NCBI RefSeq assembly: GCF_963853765.1
Contig: NC_088854.1
Location: 59,148,001 to 59,212,000, forward strand
Length of the DNA: 64,000 bases
From: Magallana gigas
Lineage: Eukaryota
Direction of reading: 5' to 3'
Position numbers and translations under genes: made by a program. Positions 1 through 11,800 of the stretch are shown piece after piece (within the stretch, counting starts at the first letter, position 1; every line of letters starts with the position of its first letter). The notes under the pieces are model-generated. The model had not been told where the DNA came from. It made no database searches and saw only the letters and a list, made by a program, of their open reading frames with translations.

Positions 1-1078
1 CGTCATCATTGACTGTAAATGCTTTGCATTCCTCCCTTAATAAACTCTCCACTCTTCTTTTCTGTTCTGTATTTAGGGGGGAATCTGTTAGATCAACAGG
101 TGGATCCCACTTCCCATCGTTCTCAGCACTCACTTGGTTTACTGTGGTCTGAACATGGTCGCTACTCGAGCCTGCTATTCCAAAGGGAATGGATGAACAA
201 ATCTTTTCAAAACGTCCTAACAAAGTACCTTTAGACAAGACAGAGTCATTTTTGGAAGGATTACACAACAGTAATTTCACACGTCCGGCGTGGTTTGGCT
301 TTACCTCCACAAGCATTTCCTGAGTTGATATTCCCAATGCATCGAGTTGGTGAGATGGGACGAAAAGAGCCTCACAACCAGGCTGGAGTTGTCTGCCTTT
401 GAATGGTACACTAACGACTATGGATGACTGCTGTGGGACGACAATATTCCGACGTCCTACTTTTACCGTACCAAGCGTTTCATCTTCATTGTCTTTGAGT
501 TCTTTGTAGAGTGCGTTGACTTGTGCTTCATTGGCTGCAGGAAGAGTAAGTCTGAGCAGATCAATTGCATTATTACTATGGACAGTTTGTAACAAATGTT
601 GTATGACATTGTATCCCAATATTGGGTCATTGCTCGATACACTAGTGACAAGGAAAGGCACCTGAACAGCATTACAATGTTCTGACAATTTCATCATAAC
701 AGTTACAACACCTTCAACAGGTATATCTGAACCAGATGCAGACACTAATGAAACATCTTTTAACTGCAAAAAGTCTTCAACATTCTTTACATGCGTATAC
801 AATTCAGGAAAATGATTACCAATCCATGACTTGTTCATAAGGGAGACTTGAGCCCCTGTATCCCATAACACTTTTACAGGTTTCTCATTCAAAAATAAAC
901 ATACATGACATGGTTTACTAACAAGTTTGACAAGGTTAGGCCCAATGTTATTAACTTTTCCTTTTATTTCCTTTACTTCATATTTCTCAAATTTGTGGTG
1001 ATGCTCTAGACGATTGTTGGGACAACTTTCTTGTTGGGCCGCCCTTTGTCCCTCTAGGTCGACCCGCTGCTGTTTCCC
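1..1078 (-). CDS. pol: Ty3/Gypsy Pol, N-terminal part (aspartic protease, linker, pre-RT segment); continues beyond the left edge
   Basis: Manual translation in the -1 frame relative to gag is stop-free from the G-GGA-AAC heptamer (1072-1078) to base 1. It shows VKVLWDTGAQVSLM (protease DTG), VPFLVT...PILGYNVI and WDPPVDLTDSPLNTEQKRRVESLLREECKAF. Not reported in the ORF track, probably because it runs off the window. Confidence 0.9.
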
Positions 1079-2241
1079 GAGAGCTTGAACTTCTTGCTTG
1101 GACACTCCTGTCGACGATGTCCAGATCCACCGCAGTTCCAACAATGATTGCAACGCTTGCCGACAGACTGGCAATCTGTACAGGATCGTGGTCCGCTTCG
1201 TGAAGGTGTTGGTTGAGCCTTTGCTGTGTTCGGAGATTGTTCAACCATCTTCTTCAATGCTGTCATTTCGATCCTTAGTGACTTAATTTCACTGGCAAGA
1301 TCATTCTTTACTTCCTCTTTCACAGCATTGATTTCCACTGAGTTAGAATTGATTTGAGACACTGAATGTTTGGCTTGCAGTTTGTTATGTCTTTCACTCT
1401 CTTGTATGGTAATTTGGTTCAGTTCATGCATTAACGTTGCATCTGTTATTTTCACATTGTCCAAATGTGCTTTCATCTCATGACGCAGTGTTGTATCTCT
1501 TAGCCCAGTGTAGACGGTCCGTCTAAAGAGTCCAGCCACCAGTTCTGGACTGTATTTGAGTTCATGGCTATCCTCCTGTGATGCAAAAAGGATTCGGTTA
1601 CGTAGATCCATAACCCTCAAGAGAAAATCGTTCGGAGTTTCCTTTGGATTTTGGGTGGCACTAGCCAATTCACTGTACAATTCGGTTGCATTCTTTTCTG
1701 CATAGTGTCCCCTAAGGATGCTTCTAAGGGTTGCCAAATTTATGTCTGGCCTTCCGTCTAAGTAGCTGCGCAGGCTTGACGATGGGACTACTGCCTTTAT
1801 TACACCATCTATTATGTCCACATCCGAGTATCCCTTCTGTTTACCAGTTTCAATCTGTCTAATTAAGCTGGTATACGAAATCCCTGATTTGCAATCCACT
1901 TGCCCACTGATCTTAAAATCCTTATGTAATTTCACTGCTGATGGACTTTCAGTCTTTGTACTTGTTGGTTCATTAGAGGCTTCTATTTTCACGGTTTTGT
2001 CGGTTGATGTGCCAGGACTCTCTAATGCAAATTTCACAGCTAACAATGTTGTTTGTGCTTGGTCACCCTCCATTTCCTTCATAAAAAATCTGTCGGCTTG
2101 CATCGCCACCTTGAAACGCCCCTTCGCAGAATCCACTGGCTCCCCAAATTCCTTCAGAATTTCTGCCAGGACTTCTAATGGCGCCATCATTAGCTTTGCT
2201 CGCACCTCCAGCATCTCCTCTGTTATGTTTTCCGACATCAT
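1054..2241 (-). CDS. gag: Ty3/Gypsy retrotransposon Gag (395 aa)
   Basis: Intact ORF directly after a PBS. C-terminal CCHC knuckle (CWNCGGSGHRRQEC) preceded by a further CxxC cluster (CTDC...CNHC); capsid-like segment LYSELASATQNPKETPNDFLLRVMDLRNRI. Confidence 0.93.
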   Translation of the reverse strand: MMSENITEEMLEVRAKLMMAPLEVLAEILKEFGEPVDSAKGRFKVAMQADRFFMKEMEGDQAQTTLLAVKFALESPGTSTDKTVKIEASNEPTSTKTESPSAVKLHKDFKISGQVDCKSGISYTSLIRQIETGKQKGYSDVDIIDGVIKAVVPSSSLRSYLDGRPDINLATLRSILRGHYAEKNATELYSELASATQNPKETPNDFLLRVMDLRNRILFASQEDSHELKYSPELVAGLFRRTVYTGLRDTTLRHEMKAHLDNVKITDATLMHELNQITIQESERHNKLQAKHSVSQINSNSVEINAVKEEVKNDLASEIKSLRIEMTALKKMVEQSPNTAKAQPTPSRSGPRSCTDCQSVGKRCNHCWNCGGSGHRRQECPSKKFKLSGNSSGST

Positions 2242-2244
2242 GGG

Positions 2245-2262
2245 ATCCCGGACGAGCCCCCA
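2245..2262 (-). promoter_or_regulatory. Primer-binding site complementary to the tRNA-Pro 3' end
   Basis: Minus strand reads TGGGGGCTCGTCCGGGAT, the 18-nt tRNA-Pro PBS known from murine leukaemia virus, 3 nt after an LTR-like end (...GGGGTAACA). Confidence 0.92.
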
Positions 2263-2265
2263 AAA

Positions 2266-3142
2266 TGTTACCCCAGTCCTGATGCTAAAAACAAGAAGAG
2301 GAGAATTCTGTTGTTACATTTATTTGGCGGGTTTCAGCAGATATCAGAGTTAAAACCTATCACAAACAATCACTGAATTTGTAAACAATCAACTCAATTT
2401 GTCTAGGGGATCTACAAAATAAACTGACTAGAATAAAAGACTAGAATAAATGGATAACTTACTGATATATTCATATAAACTGTCTTAATCAATTTTAACA
2501 ATCGTGTCGTTATGTCTGAGGATTTAAACTAGTAGCAATACACAAAATATGGAGCCTCTCGTGTTTGTGTACATTTATCTCAAACCGGAAACAGTTTACG
2601 CAAGCTAAAACCTAAACCTACACGATAAAACTCACTAAATTCCGGAACATATTTACCATGTACAATTTCAAGAAAAATATTAAAGTAATCTTTACCACTA
2701 AATTTCCCGTATCTACCCTATTGATATAATGTACATATTCATTGAAAATACTTTTATAATAACCAATTACTGCTCTTTAACTAGATCGATAGACACGTGA
2801 CTAGGTACATATACATGTGCTACCTTCGCAAAATGCATCTTAAAAGGTACAAAATGTTTTACAACCATTCTATTGACATGCATGTTTACATATAAACATA
2901 TTGTCAATCAAGAAAATAGTAATGAACATGGATTGAGGTTATAAAACCAGTTTCTTACCTAAAAACAAGAAGAGGAGAATTCTGTTGTTACATTTATTTG
3001 GCGGGTTTCAGCAGATATAAGAGTTAAAACCCATCACCCCGTATTCCGGACTTCCACGCTGGAGTTATCTCCCTTGCTACATTACATATCAATCAACAAA
3101 AAAAGGGGGGGTGGCTGAAACCCCCAATAACTACCCGTCACA
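2266..3142 (-). mobile_element. 5' LTR of the Gypsy element (outer boundary inferred)
   Basis: Inner end ...GTAACA abuts the PBS. Outer end proposed at TGTGAC (3142), an imperfect inverted match to TGTTAC. The 3' LTR is outside the window, so the length is unconfirmed. Confidence 0.6.
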
Positions 3143-3343
3143 CATGTACCAGTTATCAAAACTTCCTTATTCAGTAAAAAATACAGGTACTCACTTATAG
3201 CAAAGTACCATGGATAACAGATTTTGATTGTTTATAAATGTAATTTAATATATCCAATAATTTTAAAATAAGTTTAAAGCTTTTCACTACATGAGCTAAT
3301 TTGTTAAGTTACTGTGACAATAAAAAAAGTCAAAAACAAGTAC

Positions 3344-6300
3344 TTGAGGAGCAGTCCAGAGGCGCGGCTGTCTTGGTGGGGCAGTATTTTCCTTTAGGAC
3401 ATCGTGAGCAAGTCCCATTTCCAAGAACAGCATACTCTCCGGCGCTACAGTCGGTCGGTGTCACTCTGTAAGTAATAAACTACTGAAGCAGCATAATTCA
3501 ACACAAAACAGCTCCTCATCAAGATGAATTTTAAATGCATGTACATAATGTACATTAATTTTAAAGAAAAGGTTGAATCTAAAGCAATATTTTTTGTTTA
3601 CATTAATTTCTTATTAATATGAAAAAAACTTACGCTGGATCGGTACAAGCTTTTCCTGCAGGACAACTGGCGCACAACTTCTGTGTGCCATCTGGAATCT
3701 CATCTACCAATCAGAAACCAACAGATTTAATTATAATGTAGGAAGTTCATCTGAATTCTCTAAGCACAGTGTGAAATTAACAACTAATTCTACAAATGAA
3801 ACTACAGCACACTCATGCAGTACTCTACATGTCAACTCTACAAACACAAATAGGATTTATCTCTCTCAACAAAGAAACAACAAAGTCATGTGACCTACTT
3901 GCGGCACAGAGAGTGCAGGTGGAGGATTCAGCTGGCGCCACATACCCTGCAGCACAGGATGTGGGGGAGGAGGTGCCGTTTCCACTGCAGGCATTGCCCT
4001 CGGGGCATGATGAACAACTACTGGCTCCTACAAAGTTAAATTAAATTTTCGGTGATGAATAATTTTTAATAATTGACAAGATAGATTATAAAAGATGCAT
4101 TGCAACCTGCTAATGTTAACTTATTAATGGTTTTAGGGGGTTAATTTTTGTAACTAAAAACTCTATTTTTATTGGCATCTTTAATAAATTGTAAAACCTT
4201 TCTATTTAATCTTATAAAAGAACTACCCCATTATAAATCAGACTACTCAAGCCAACTATTTACTCTCAAATTAAAAAAATTAACTCATTGAAATTAATTA
4301 ATAATACCAGTAAATAAATATGCAGTATCTAATGAATCCATAAAATCAATGAAAATTATAAACAAATCCCTGACAGACTTACCAGCAGCCGAGCTGTAGA
4401 AGCCCGGGGGGCAGGAATCACATATCCCCGACCCCTCCACGGAGTAATAACCAGCACTACACTGGACCGGCGTCCCTCTGTTTGGACACTCACTTCCCGC
4501 GGGACATTTCTGACAAGATGACTGAGCTGTTAAAGAGAATCGGAGAGTGAGAAGCATATAGACAAAGCACAGAATGGTGGGACTCCAGTATGACATTCTG
4601 TCAGTAATAAACCATACAGCATTTAAACAATATATTAACATTTCACATCAATTTCCAAGTCTATCTTCATTATCAAAAGATTTTTGATTTATTCAGAAAA
4701 ACAATTTTTAACTAATCATAGGAAATCACAGATAACAGATCGCACCAAGATAAGCCTCTACATTACAGTCTAATTATTACTACATGACAGAGATTACGGA
4801 TTATCTGTGGATGACTTGTAATAATCTCTACATTGCATGACAAGGATGGCGGATTACCTGTGGAGGACATGTAATAATTTCTACAATACATGACAAGAAT
4901 TGCGGATTACCTGTGGATGACGTGTAATATCCCTCTTGACATAGAGTCGGACCCTGGTCTTTGGCGGTACACATTGAGCCGATGGGACAAGGGGTGCAGG
5001 TAGCGGCCCCAACCAGGGAGTAATGGCCAGCATTACAGTCCGTGGGCGTCTCTGTCCCTGCTCCACAAGACTTCCCCGCGGGGCAGTCCAGGCATGTCGT
5101 CGATCCAGCAGTGCTGTATTTTCCTGCCAGACATGTCTATTTAACACCAAAAAAGTACCATTTAGTATAATTCATTTGGTTACAATTGGTGTACACTTCG
5201 GGTATCCACATGTTGTGTACAAAAAGAATATGCCAATGAGATGTATCCATGCTGAGAATGAGTATATTTTGTGTACACTCAGAATATCTTTCTGCAGTGT
5301 ACACTAAGGACACCTACATATTGTATACACTATTTATATTCACTCATGTGTACACTAAAGTATATTGATATATTGTGTACACTTGGTATATATCTCTGTT
5401 GAGTATTGTTACTGTGAGGATGATCATCGTATGTTGTGCAAAGTAACTTACTTTAAGTAAGGAATAATTTATTTACATGTACACTTACGTTCTCTATGTG
5501 TTGGGAACACCTAATGAAAAATATCTATATTTTGTATGCTGAAGATATCAATGTGCCATATACAGTGTATATTATTTTCCTTACTGAGACAATACTATTA
5601 GTCTTTAATTAGTTCCTGTTAAGCTATCATTAACCCTTTATTCCTTATAACTATTCATCCTGTAAGTTTCATACAGAATTCATACATGTTAACTAAATCA
5701 TAAATATTTTAAAGATTTTCCTATGATTAACATGATTTATATTAGTAAATAATGTATAACAGCGTCAGATCCATCAATGCTGTGCAGACTGTCCAGATGT
5801 GCGAGTGATCCGAGAGACATCCGTCTGACCTTTGTGCTACTGACCCTCTCGGGGGAATTCCTCTAATACAACATCAATACACACTGCAGAGACTGCAGAA
5901 TGTGATAAAAGTCTAATGCCAGCTAATTAGGTCTCCTTTATTGAGTCTCCTATCAGACAAGCAAAACAAGATATTGCATTTTGTTCCAGGGGTCCAACAA
6001 AGGGCAAAAGGGCCCACAGAGGGGACAGGGGTCCAAAAAGGGGACAATTAACTTATCTGTGTTCCTCAGTATGTTGTTTGCCACATGAGCATTTAGTGTA
6101 TATTCAGATGTAACACATTGACATCCTATGGAGATATGCAACAGTAGATGAAAAGATTCTAACTTGTGAATAAAATGAACTAAAATCAATAAAAACTGCA
6201 GAGAAGCTAATGTATGGCTTATTGAGTGTTAGCTGAAATCCACAGCTTTAGCCAGCAATCTTTGAATGTCATTGCAATAAACTGGCCATGCATCAATTCT

Positions 6301-9300
6301 GCATTCAGTTTTGATTGTCACTAAAGCAAGTCCCATGGGCCGAAAAGTTAACCTGATTTGTGAAATGCTTACATTGGCTTTTGCTAGATAACTGGTCTGA
6401 TATGAGACAGAATCTGTTTCATCCTCTCACAGTTGTTTATGTATTGACCTAAATTGGTAGACTTTATAGATAAAACAGAAAACTGAAATAATCTAATGCT
6501 TTTTTTCTCTTTTACTATATAACAATTGTTTTATCGGTTTCAACATAAACCAGAGGCAGTTGATTTCAGAACATGTAATAAAATTGCAGCAACAAAGAAT
6601 GACGACGTGCATCAGCCAGCCAATCAAACCTTTGGATATATCTCGAAAGGTCAACTCTACAGTTCTATCTGTAACATCACTGATTTTACCTATATGCTAT
6701 AAAATTTTAAATACTAGTTCTACATGTACATGTATGTCCTATGAAAGGTGAACCAATCAAAACTCGTCGATGCTTCAGCAAGGAGTATGGAGCTTAAATT
6801 GCCATTATTGCGTGGATGTTTGTGTAAAGTGGTAGTTTTTTAGTTGTTTTTTTTTTGGGGGGGGGGTACACTTACATCACAGTCCGAGAGCTGGCCACTT
6901 CCTGTTGTGCCCACATACTTCCCGCCCGGGCATGCTGTTTTTGGGCTGCTCCCTCCTGGGCAACTGTCAAAATAATCAGAATTATCAGCTGTGGTTTCAT
7001 TTCATGGTGCAAACTATTGGTTATAAAGATTTAATTTTCAGTTGTGCTCACTGAAAATTCAATATATCATTTAAAAAGAGTTCATTTCCAATTGTGCTCC
7101 CTGAAAATTTAATATGTTTTTCAAATAACAATATATATTGTATGGGTTTTCATTCATGTAAGACAATAAATGTGTGCTGCCATTTGCTAACATTTGGTAC
7201 TTGGAATTATAGACCATATTCTGTTAGGCATGGTCAAAAATAAATTTCCACGATTATAACAATACAATGGCATTATTTTTTGTAATGTAGAATGATACAT
7301 GGTAGATTTGTGTAGATTGTCTTGTTCTTACTGACTTTGCATATAACAAATGCTTCCACCGTGGGAATTATTCCTGCAGTCTTTGATCAGAAACGTTTTA
7401 ATCTCAACAGCTTTGACTTTCGGTGGTCATGGTAAGCCACTTGTTGGCTGAATGACTATATATTGGAAGCCACAACAGCTAGGTAGTAACTTACTCACAA
7501 ATCAACAGCTGGTTACTTGGATGATATTTGTAAGGCCCATGTTAATGTAACTCAAAACTTAATAACATAAAGACCATCTGTTTAAAAACTTTCAAGCATT
7601 AGGCCGGTGAAACCGGTAGGGGACTAAAAAGTTGTGTGTTTAGGGTAACTCAACCTAACCTACAAAAATGCCCCGATCCTACCATTTTTAGATGTCTGTT
7701 TTTATCCGATTGTGAATTTTATATTATTTCTATTTAAATATCCGTTTTTAAATATGACACAAACAAACATTCTTAGGATTCATGCAGAAAAAAATATGAT
7801 TAAATAAAAAAAAATCCCTACCTACCTAACCTAATTTTTTCATCAGTGTTACCCTATACAAACAAATTTTTTTTTAGGCCTTATCAAAAGACAACAATAT
7901 ATATTACCCAGTATAATATAACTATTACTTTATATTCAGTGAAGAAACCTGAAAATAATCTTTACTGTTATGCTAGTATGTGAAATCATAGTCATATTTT
8001 AGGATTCCGAGAGTGAATTTTTACTACATTGATTTTTAAAAACAGTGTCAATTAATTGATTATATGTTGAATACACACTTTTCCCTTTACAATGGAAAAT
8101 GTACCTCTGGAATTTAATGTAAATAAAACAACCATTCAAAAGTGAATATATCTAGCCACAGTCAAGGTTTAGAGCAGATCCATCCACTGTAATTTATAGA
8201 TTTCCACATGGGGGGGGGGGGGGTGTAATTCATCAAATAGGCAAAAATAAAATACAGTACATAACTGTAAAAACATTGAACATTTTTAATTGTAGGGTGC
8301 TATTTTTCTATTAATCATCTGACATCTGACTGACTGAAATTATACAAATGCTACAAACTTTGGAGTGGAAGTGTAAAATATTTGCACCCACAGAAAATCT
8401 TTCTACAGCAGTATTTAACATGCAAACCATTAGTTTAATTCAATATCATTTAAATATACCCTCTTGTTGTATTGGTTTTAGCATGGATTTGCGTAACAAT
8501 CAATACGCAGAAATATTCGACATGTTTATTGCATGACAACTCTTTTGAGTTATTACTTTCTGTTACAGATTTTAAGAGCTAGGAGTAGGACTATATAAGA
8601 TTATAGATCCTATATAGATCCTTAAGGAATTCTCATTATATTCCAATATTATAAGTTTTTTGGTTTCTTAATTTCCTATTTTATTTGCATGTTATTTTTC
8701 TTCTTTGTTCAAGAATAAAATCTGGACTTGAAATATTCAGTGTTAAAATGAATGAATCATCCTGGCAGACCTAGAATTTCTATACATCTCTGCTAATCAA
8801 TAACGTACAGTCAGGATTTTCAGTACATGTATTACACAATTATCACACATGCCATGGGATACTTTACCGATCCCAATTATTTATGGTCTCTATTTTGAGG
8901 GATTTAAGTCCCCAGGTTTTTTAAATGCTGAAATCAGACCCCTCTGTTAACAAATTTATTGAAAATTTTGTTTTGTATAATTAAGCTATTAGAATTTTCC
9001 AGCAGGTCATTTTTATAATGTATAGAACACAGCCCTGGGAGTTTAACTTTATACAACGTCTTATATAAAGGTTTCTTAACGTCCTGACGTCACTTGTTTT
9101 CCAAACATAAGTTGTCTCCATAAAAGTCACAGATCTGTGTACACAGAAGATTTACAATATTTGGACAGTACAAGTGCACTTTGAAGTAATTATAGACATT
9201 TCTTCACTCAAGATCAATCCCCCAAGACATATGTACATGTAATGCCAAAAACTGTCAAAAGTTTCGAAGGTCACCTGGTAATTTGATCTTGTAACAAATT

Positions 9301-11800
9301 AATGTAACTATATAAATATATCAGCGTTCCTCAATTATTGCCACTTTTTTAAATTTAAATTTGACAGTTGCTAAGAAGTGTACAATGTAGACATTGGAAT
9401 CCACACGAGACTTACTAGAAGTATGAAGACCGAACATCTGCAATGCTTAATTAGCTAGGGAAAGCCTTGCAGGATCTTGCTACACAAAGAATACATCTAA
9501 CTTTTTAATTTCTACCTTCTTTTTAAATAAATTAATGTCATATATGATATCAGATAGCTAACCAGTTGACCACATCTCTTTTGTACTTCATATTTTTTAA
9601 AGACACCAACTACCGGTAATAAAAATCTTTCATTATATTTTACTGGTAAAAGATCACTTCTCTTTTCATTTTGCCATCTAGTAAAACTTAAGAAATGCAC
9701 ACTAGGATGACAGTTGTCAATATATATAATTCATCGATTACTGTTAATTTATAATACGACTAGCTAGGGGACATTTAAATGGCCTGCTTTCTCCGCTGTA
9801 TTCATTGAATACACAAATGAAGTAATTTTCTCAGACAACATTCCTCAAAACATGAATTTAAAATCAGACACAAAATGGACCAGTAAATTGGATTTGCGAA
9901 ACTTTTATGGTTCTCAGCTGGCATTAGTCCAAAAAAGTAAAATCTAACGATTTACCTATATGATGAAATATCTCCTGGCTTGGAAAATCATAGCTTCTAG
10001 AGAAATTGTGAGAAAATTTGCTAAATTATTATTCCTGAAAGTTTTTGTTTTTGGCATGGTCACATGGAAGGGTTACAGAATTTAGAAGTCTTTGTCTTAC
10101 GCAACATACTTCCTGTGTCTTGTAAATGATTGCCTGTCATTTTGTTCATTAAGTTAAACCATTACTCAGTATACTGTCTACAAGAAAATATTTGCCGTTT
10201 TATATTTGCCTCTTTTGCCCATGCTGTCAGTGCATGGCCAAATTAAGACTGGGTGAAACAAGAGGCTTAAGCCTGTGTATGGGCGAATTATAGACAGGTC
10301 AAAACCATTTACAAGTGTAGACGGTCGAAAACAACATGGGGCAAAAATAACCCTGTATACAACACGTAAAAGAGATATAATTTTCTTAACTTTTTATAAG
10401 CCAAATAAAAACTCAAACTATAAAAGTATTAGGCAAAAATTAGATTTAAGGGGGGGGGGGGAGGATATTGACTTGGAAGCTATACAACTTTGAGGGGGAT
10501 ACTTACTAGTGGCCCTGGGGACAGGTTACACAGGAGCCGCTTTCATAATGTGTTCCAACAGGACAGTTTGTATTGCAGTCGGTTGCACAGTTACACTGGG
10601 CTGTAACAGAAAAATGACATAAATAATCATCATAACGCATCTAAAGGCACTGGATGGATTTGTTCTTTTTTTATTTTTTTTACTTATTTTTAAACAGCAT
10701 ACTAATTTTGATTTCATATACAAAGAATATCAGCAGCTATTTCAATAAAGGAATGACATACAAGTATAAAATAATTTAACGAATGAATTATTATTGCTTA
10801 ATTGAAATAATTTACATGTGTGGATTTGGGGGTGGGGTAGGGTGTGGGATCAGTGGTCCATCCCCCTCCCCCATTTTAAAAATCTCAATCCATGAAAAAA
10901 GTCAATTTTTGCTAATAAAATTTTATAACTGGGGGTATTTCAATGAGGCAGGAGGCAATTCCAAACAAACAATAATTCTATTTTTGCCCCCTATGCAGTA
11001 CCATTGTTATATAGAATTACTTAAACAGGGGTAATTGTTCATTCTTCAATGCCTCTGAAACTGATCACAGCATTTCCTAATCATGCATATTAAATGCAAA
11101 GAACCAGAAATACTGATTTCATAGAAATTATCAAAAATTTATTATTACTCTGACACTATCTGTATTGCACCCGATTTTTTTTTTATTTCATAATATGCAT
11201 TTTCAACTTGATTTTAAAGTATTGATCTCTGCATTCACTGATTGGACATTGTAGCAGTTTATATATACATGTAATGCTAAATCCATTTCATTCTACTGTA
11301 ACAGGAAGGGAAAAAGGTATATTGATATCAAGCCCAGAACCTGGATCAACTTAACTCTTATCAAATACCCTATCAATCACACACTTTGCACCAGAGATAA
11401 GTTAGTTCCGACTTCTTTAATTTAAGCTATGGGTATATTCGGCCTGATATATTACATAAGATCCTTCTCTTCTATTCTGCAGTGTTCTGTGCCTAAATTC
11501 GTCAACTTCAAGATAAAAGTTATTTGGGGGTGGGGAAATGAATTGGGATTAAAATTAAATTAACAAATTCTTGTTTCACACTTCATGAAAATTTTACATT
11601 GTAGAATATTGATGATTATAAAACCAGAGACAAATAAGACAGGAATAATTACCTTATATTCAATCATATATACGTTTCTATTTTAATTTATCAGTTTATA
11701 CAGTTATATGACAATTATTTCTTGAACACTCACCATCAGCAACATATTGTGAATATGACCAGCATACCACAACCAAAACAAATCGAAACGTATATTTCAT
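3344..11800 (-). CDS. Secreted or membrane cysteine-rich repeat protein (TNFR-like / Ephrin_rec_like CPxGxY repeats); 5' part, 8 exons
   Basis: Exons 11734-11800 (MKYTFRFVLVVVCWSYSQYVAD, signal-peptide-like), 10507-10600, 6876-6963, 4911-5136, 4383-4526, 3899-4027, 3634-3703, 3344-3465. All have GT-AG boundaries with consistent phases and give repeats such as CPVGTHY, CPGGKYVGTTG, CLAGKYSTAGSTTCLDCPAGKSC and CSAGYYSVEGSGICDSCPPGFYS. No stop reached; remaining exons presumably lie beyond the Gypsy element. Confidence 0.85.
4798..4927 (-). repeat. About 53-bp tandem repeat copying the exon 3' end and 5' splice site
   Basis: Three copies of TATTACACGTCATCCACAG|GTAATCCG...; the first copy is the real donor at 4911/4910. 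Confidence 0.85.
7617..7883. mobile_element. MITE with imperfect ~35-bp TIRs (PIF/Harbinger-like, tentative)
   Basis: Left end ...CTAAAAAGTTGTGTGTTTAGGGTAAC matches the reverse complement of right end GTTACCCTATACAAACAAATTTTTTTTTAGGCCTTA. Confidence 0.55.
10171..10362. mobile_element. Non-autonomous DNA element (TACTGTATACAGGG-type ends); related copy at 47778-47987
   Basis: Shared termini (TACTGT.TACA.. / ..CCCTGTATACA) and internal GCTGTCAGT...AGACTGGG motifs with the 47.8-kb copy. Confidence 0.5.

Noticed and set aside
1814-2353. 179-aa plus-strand ORF and other ORFs overlapping gag, the arrestin or ALS2 exons
   Set aside because: Antisense or alternate-frame shadows of real coding sequence with no recognisable motifs.
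4527-4641. Apparent signal peptide MSYWSPTILCFVYMLLTLRFSLT in ORF 4294-4641
   Set aside because: It lies upstream of a strong acceptor at 4526 that joins in phase to the upstream exon; the likely real signal peptide is at 11734-11800.
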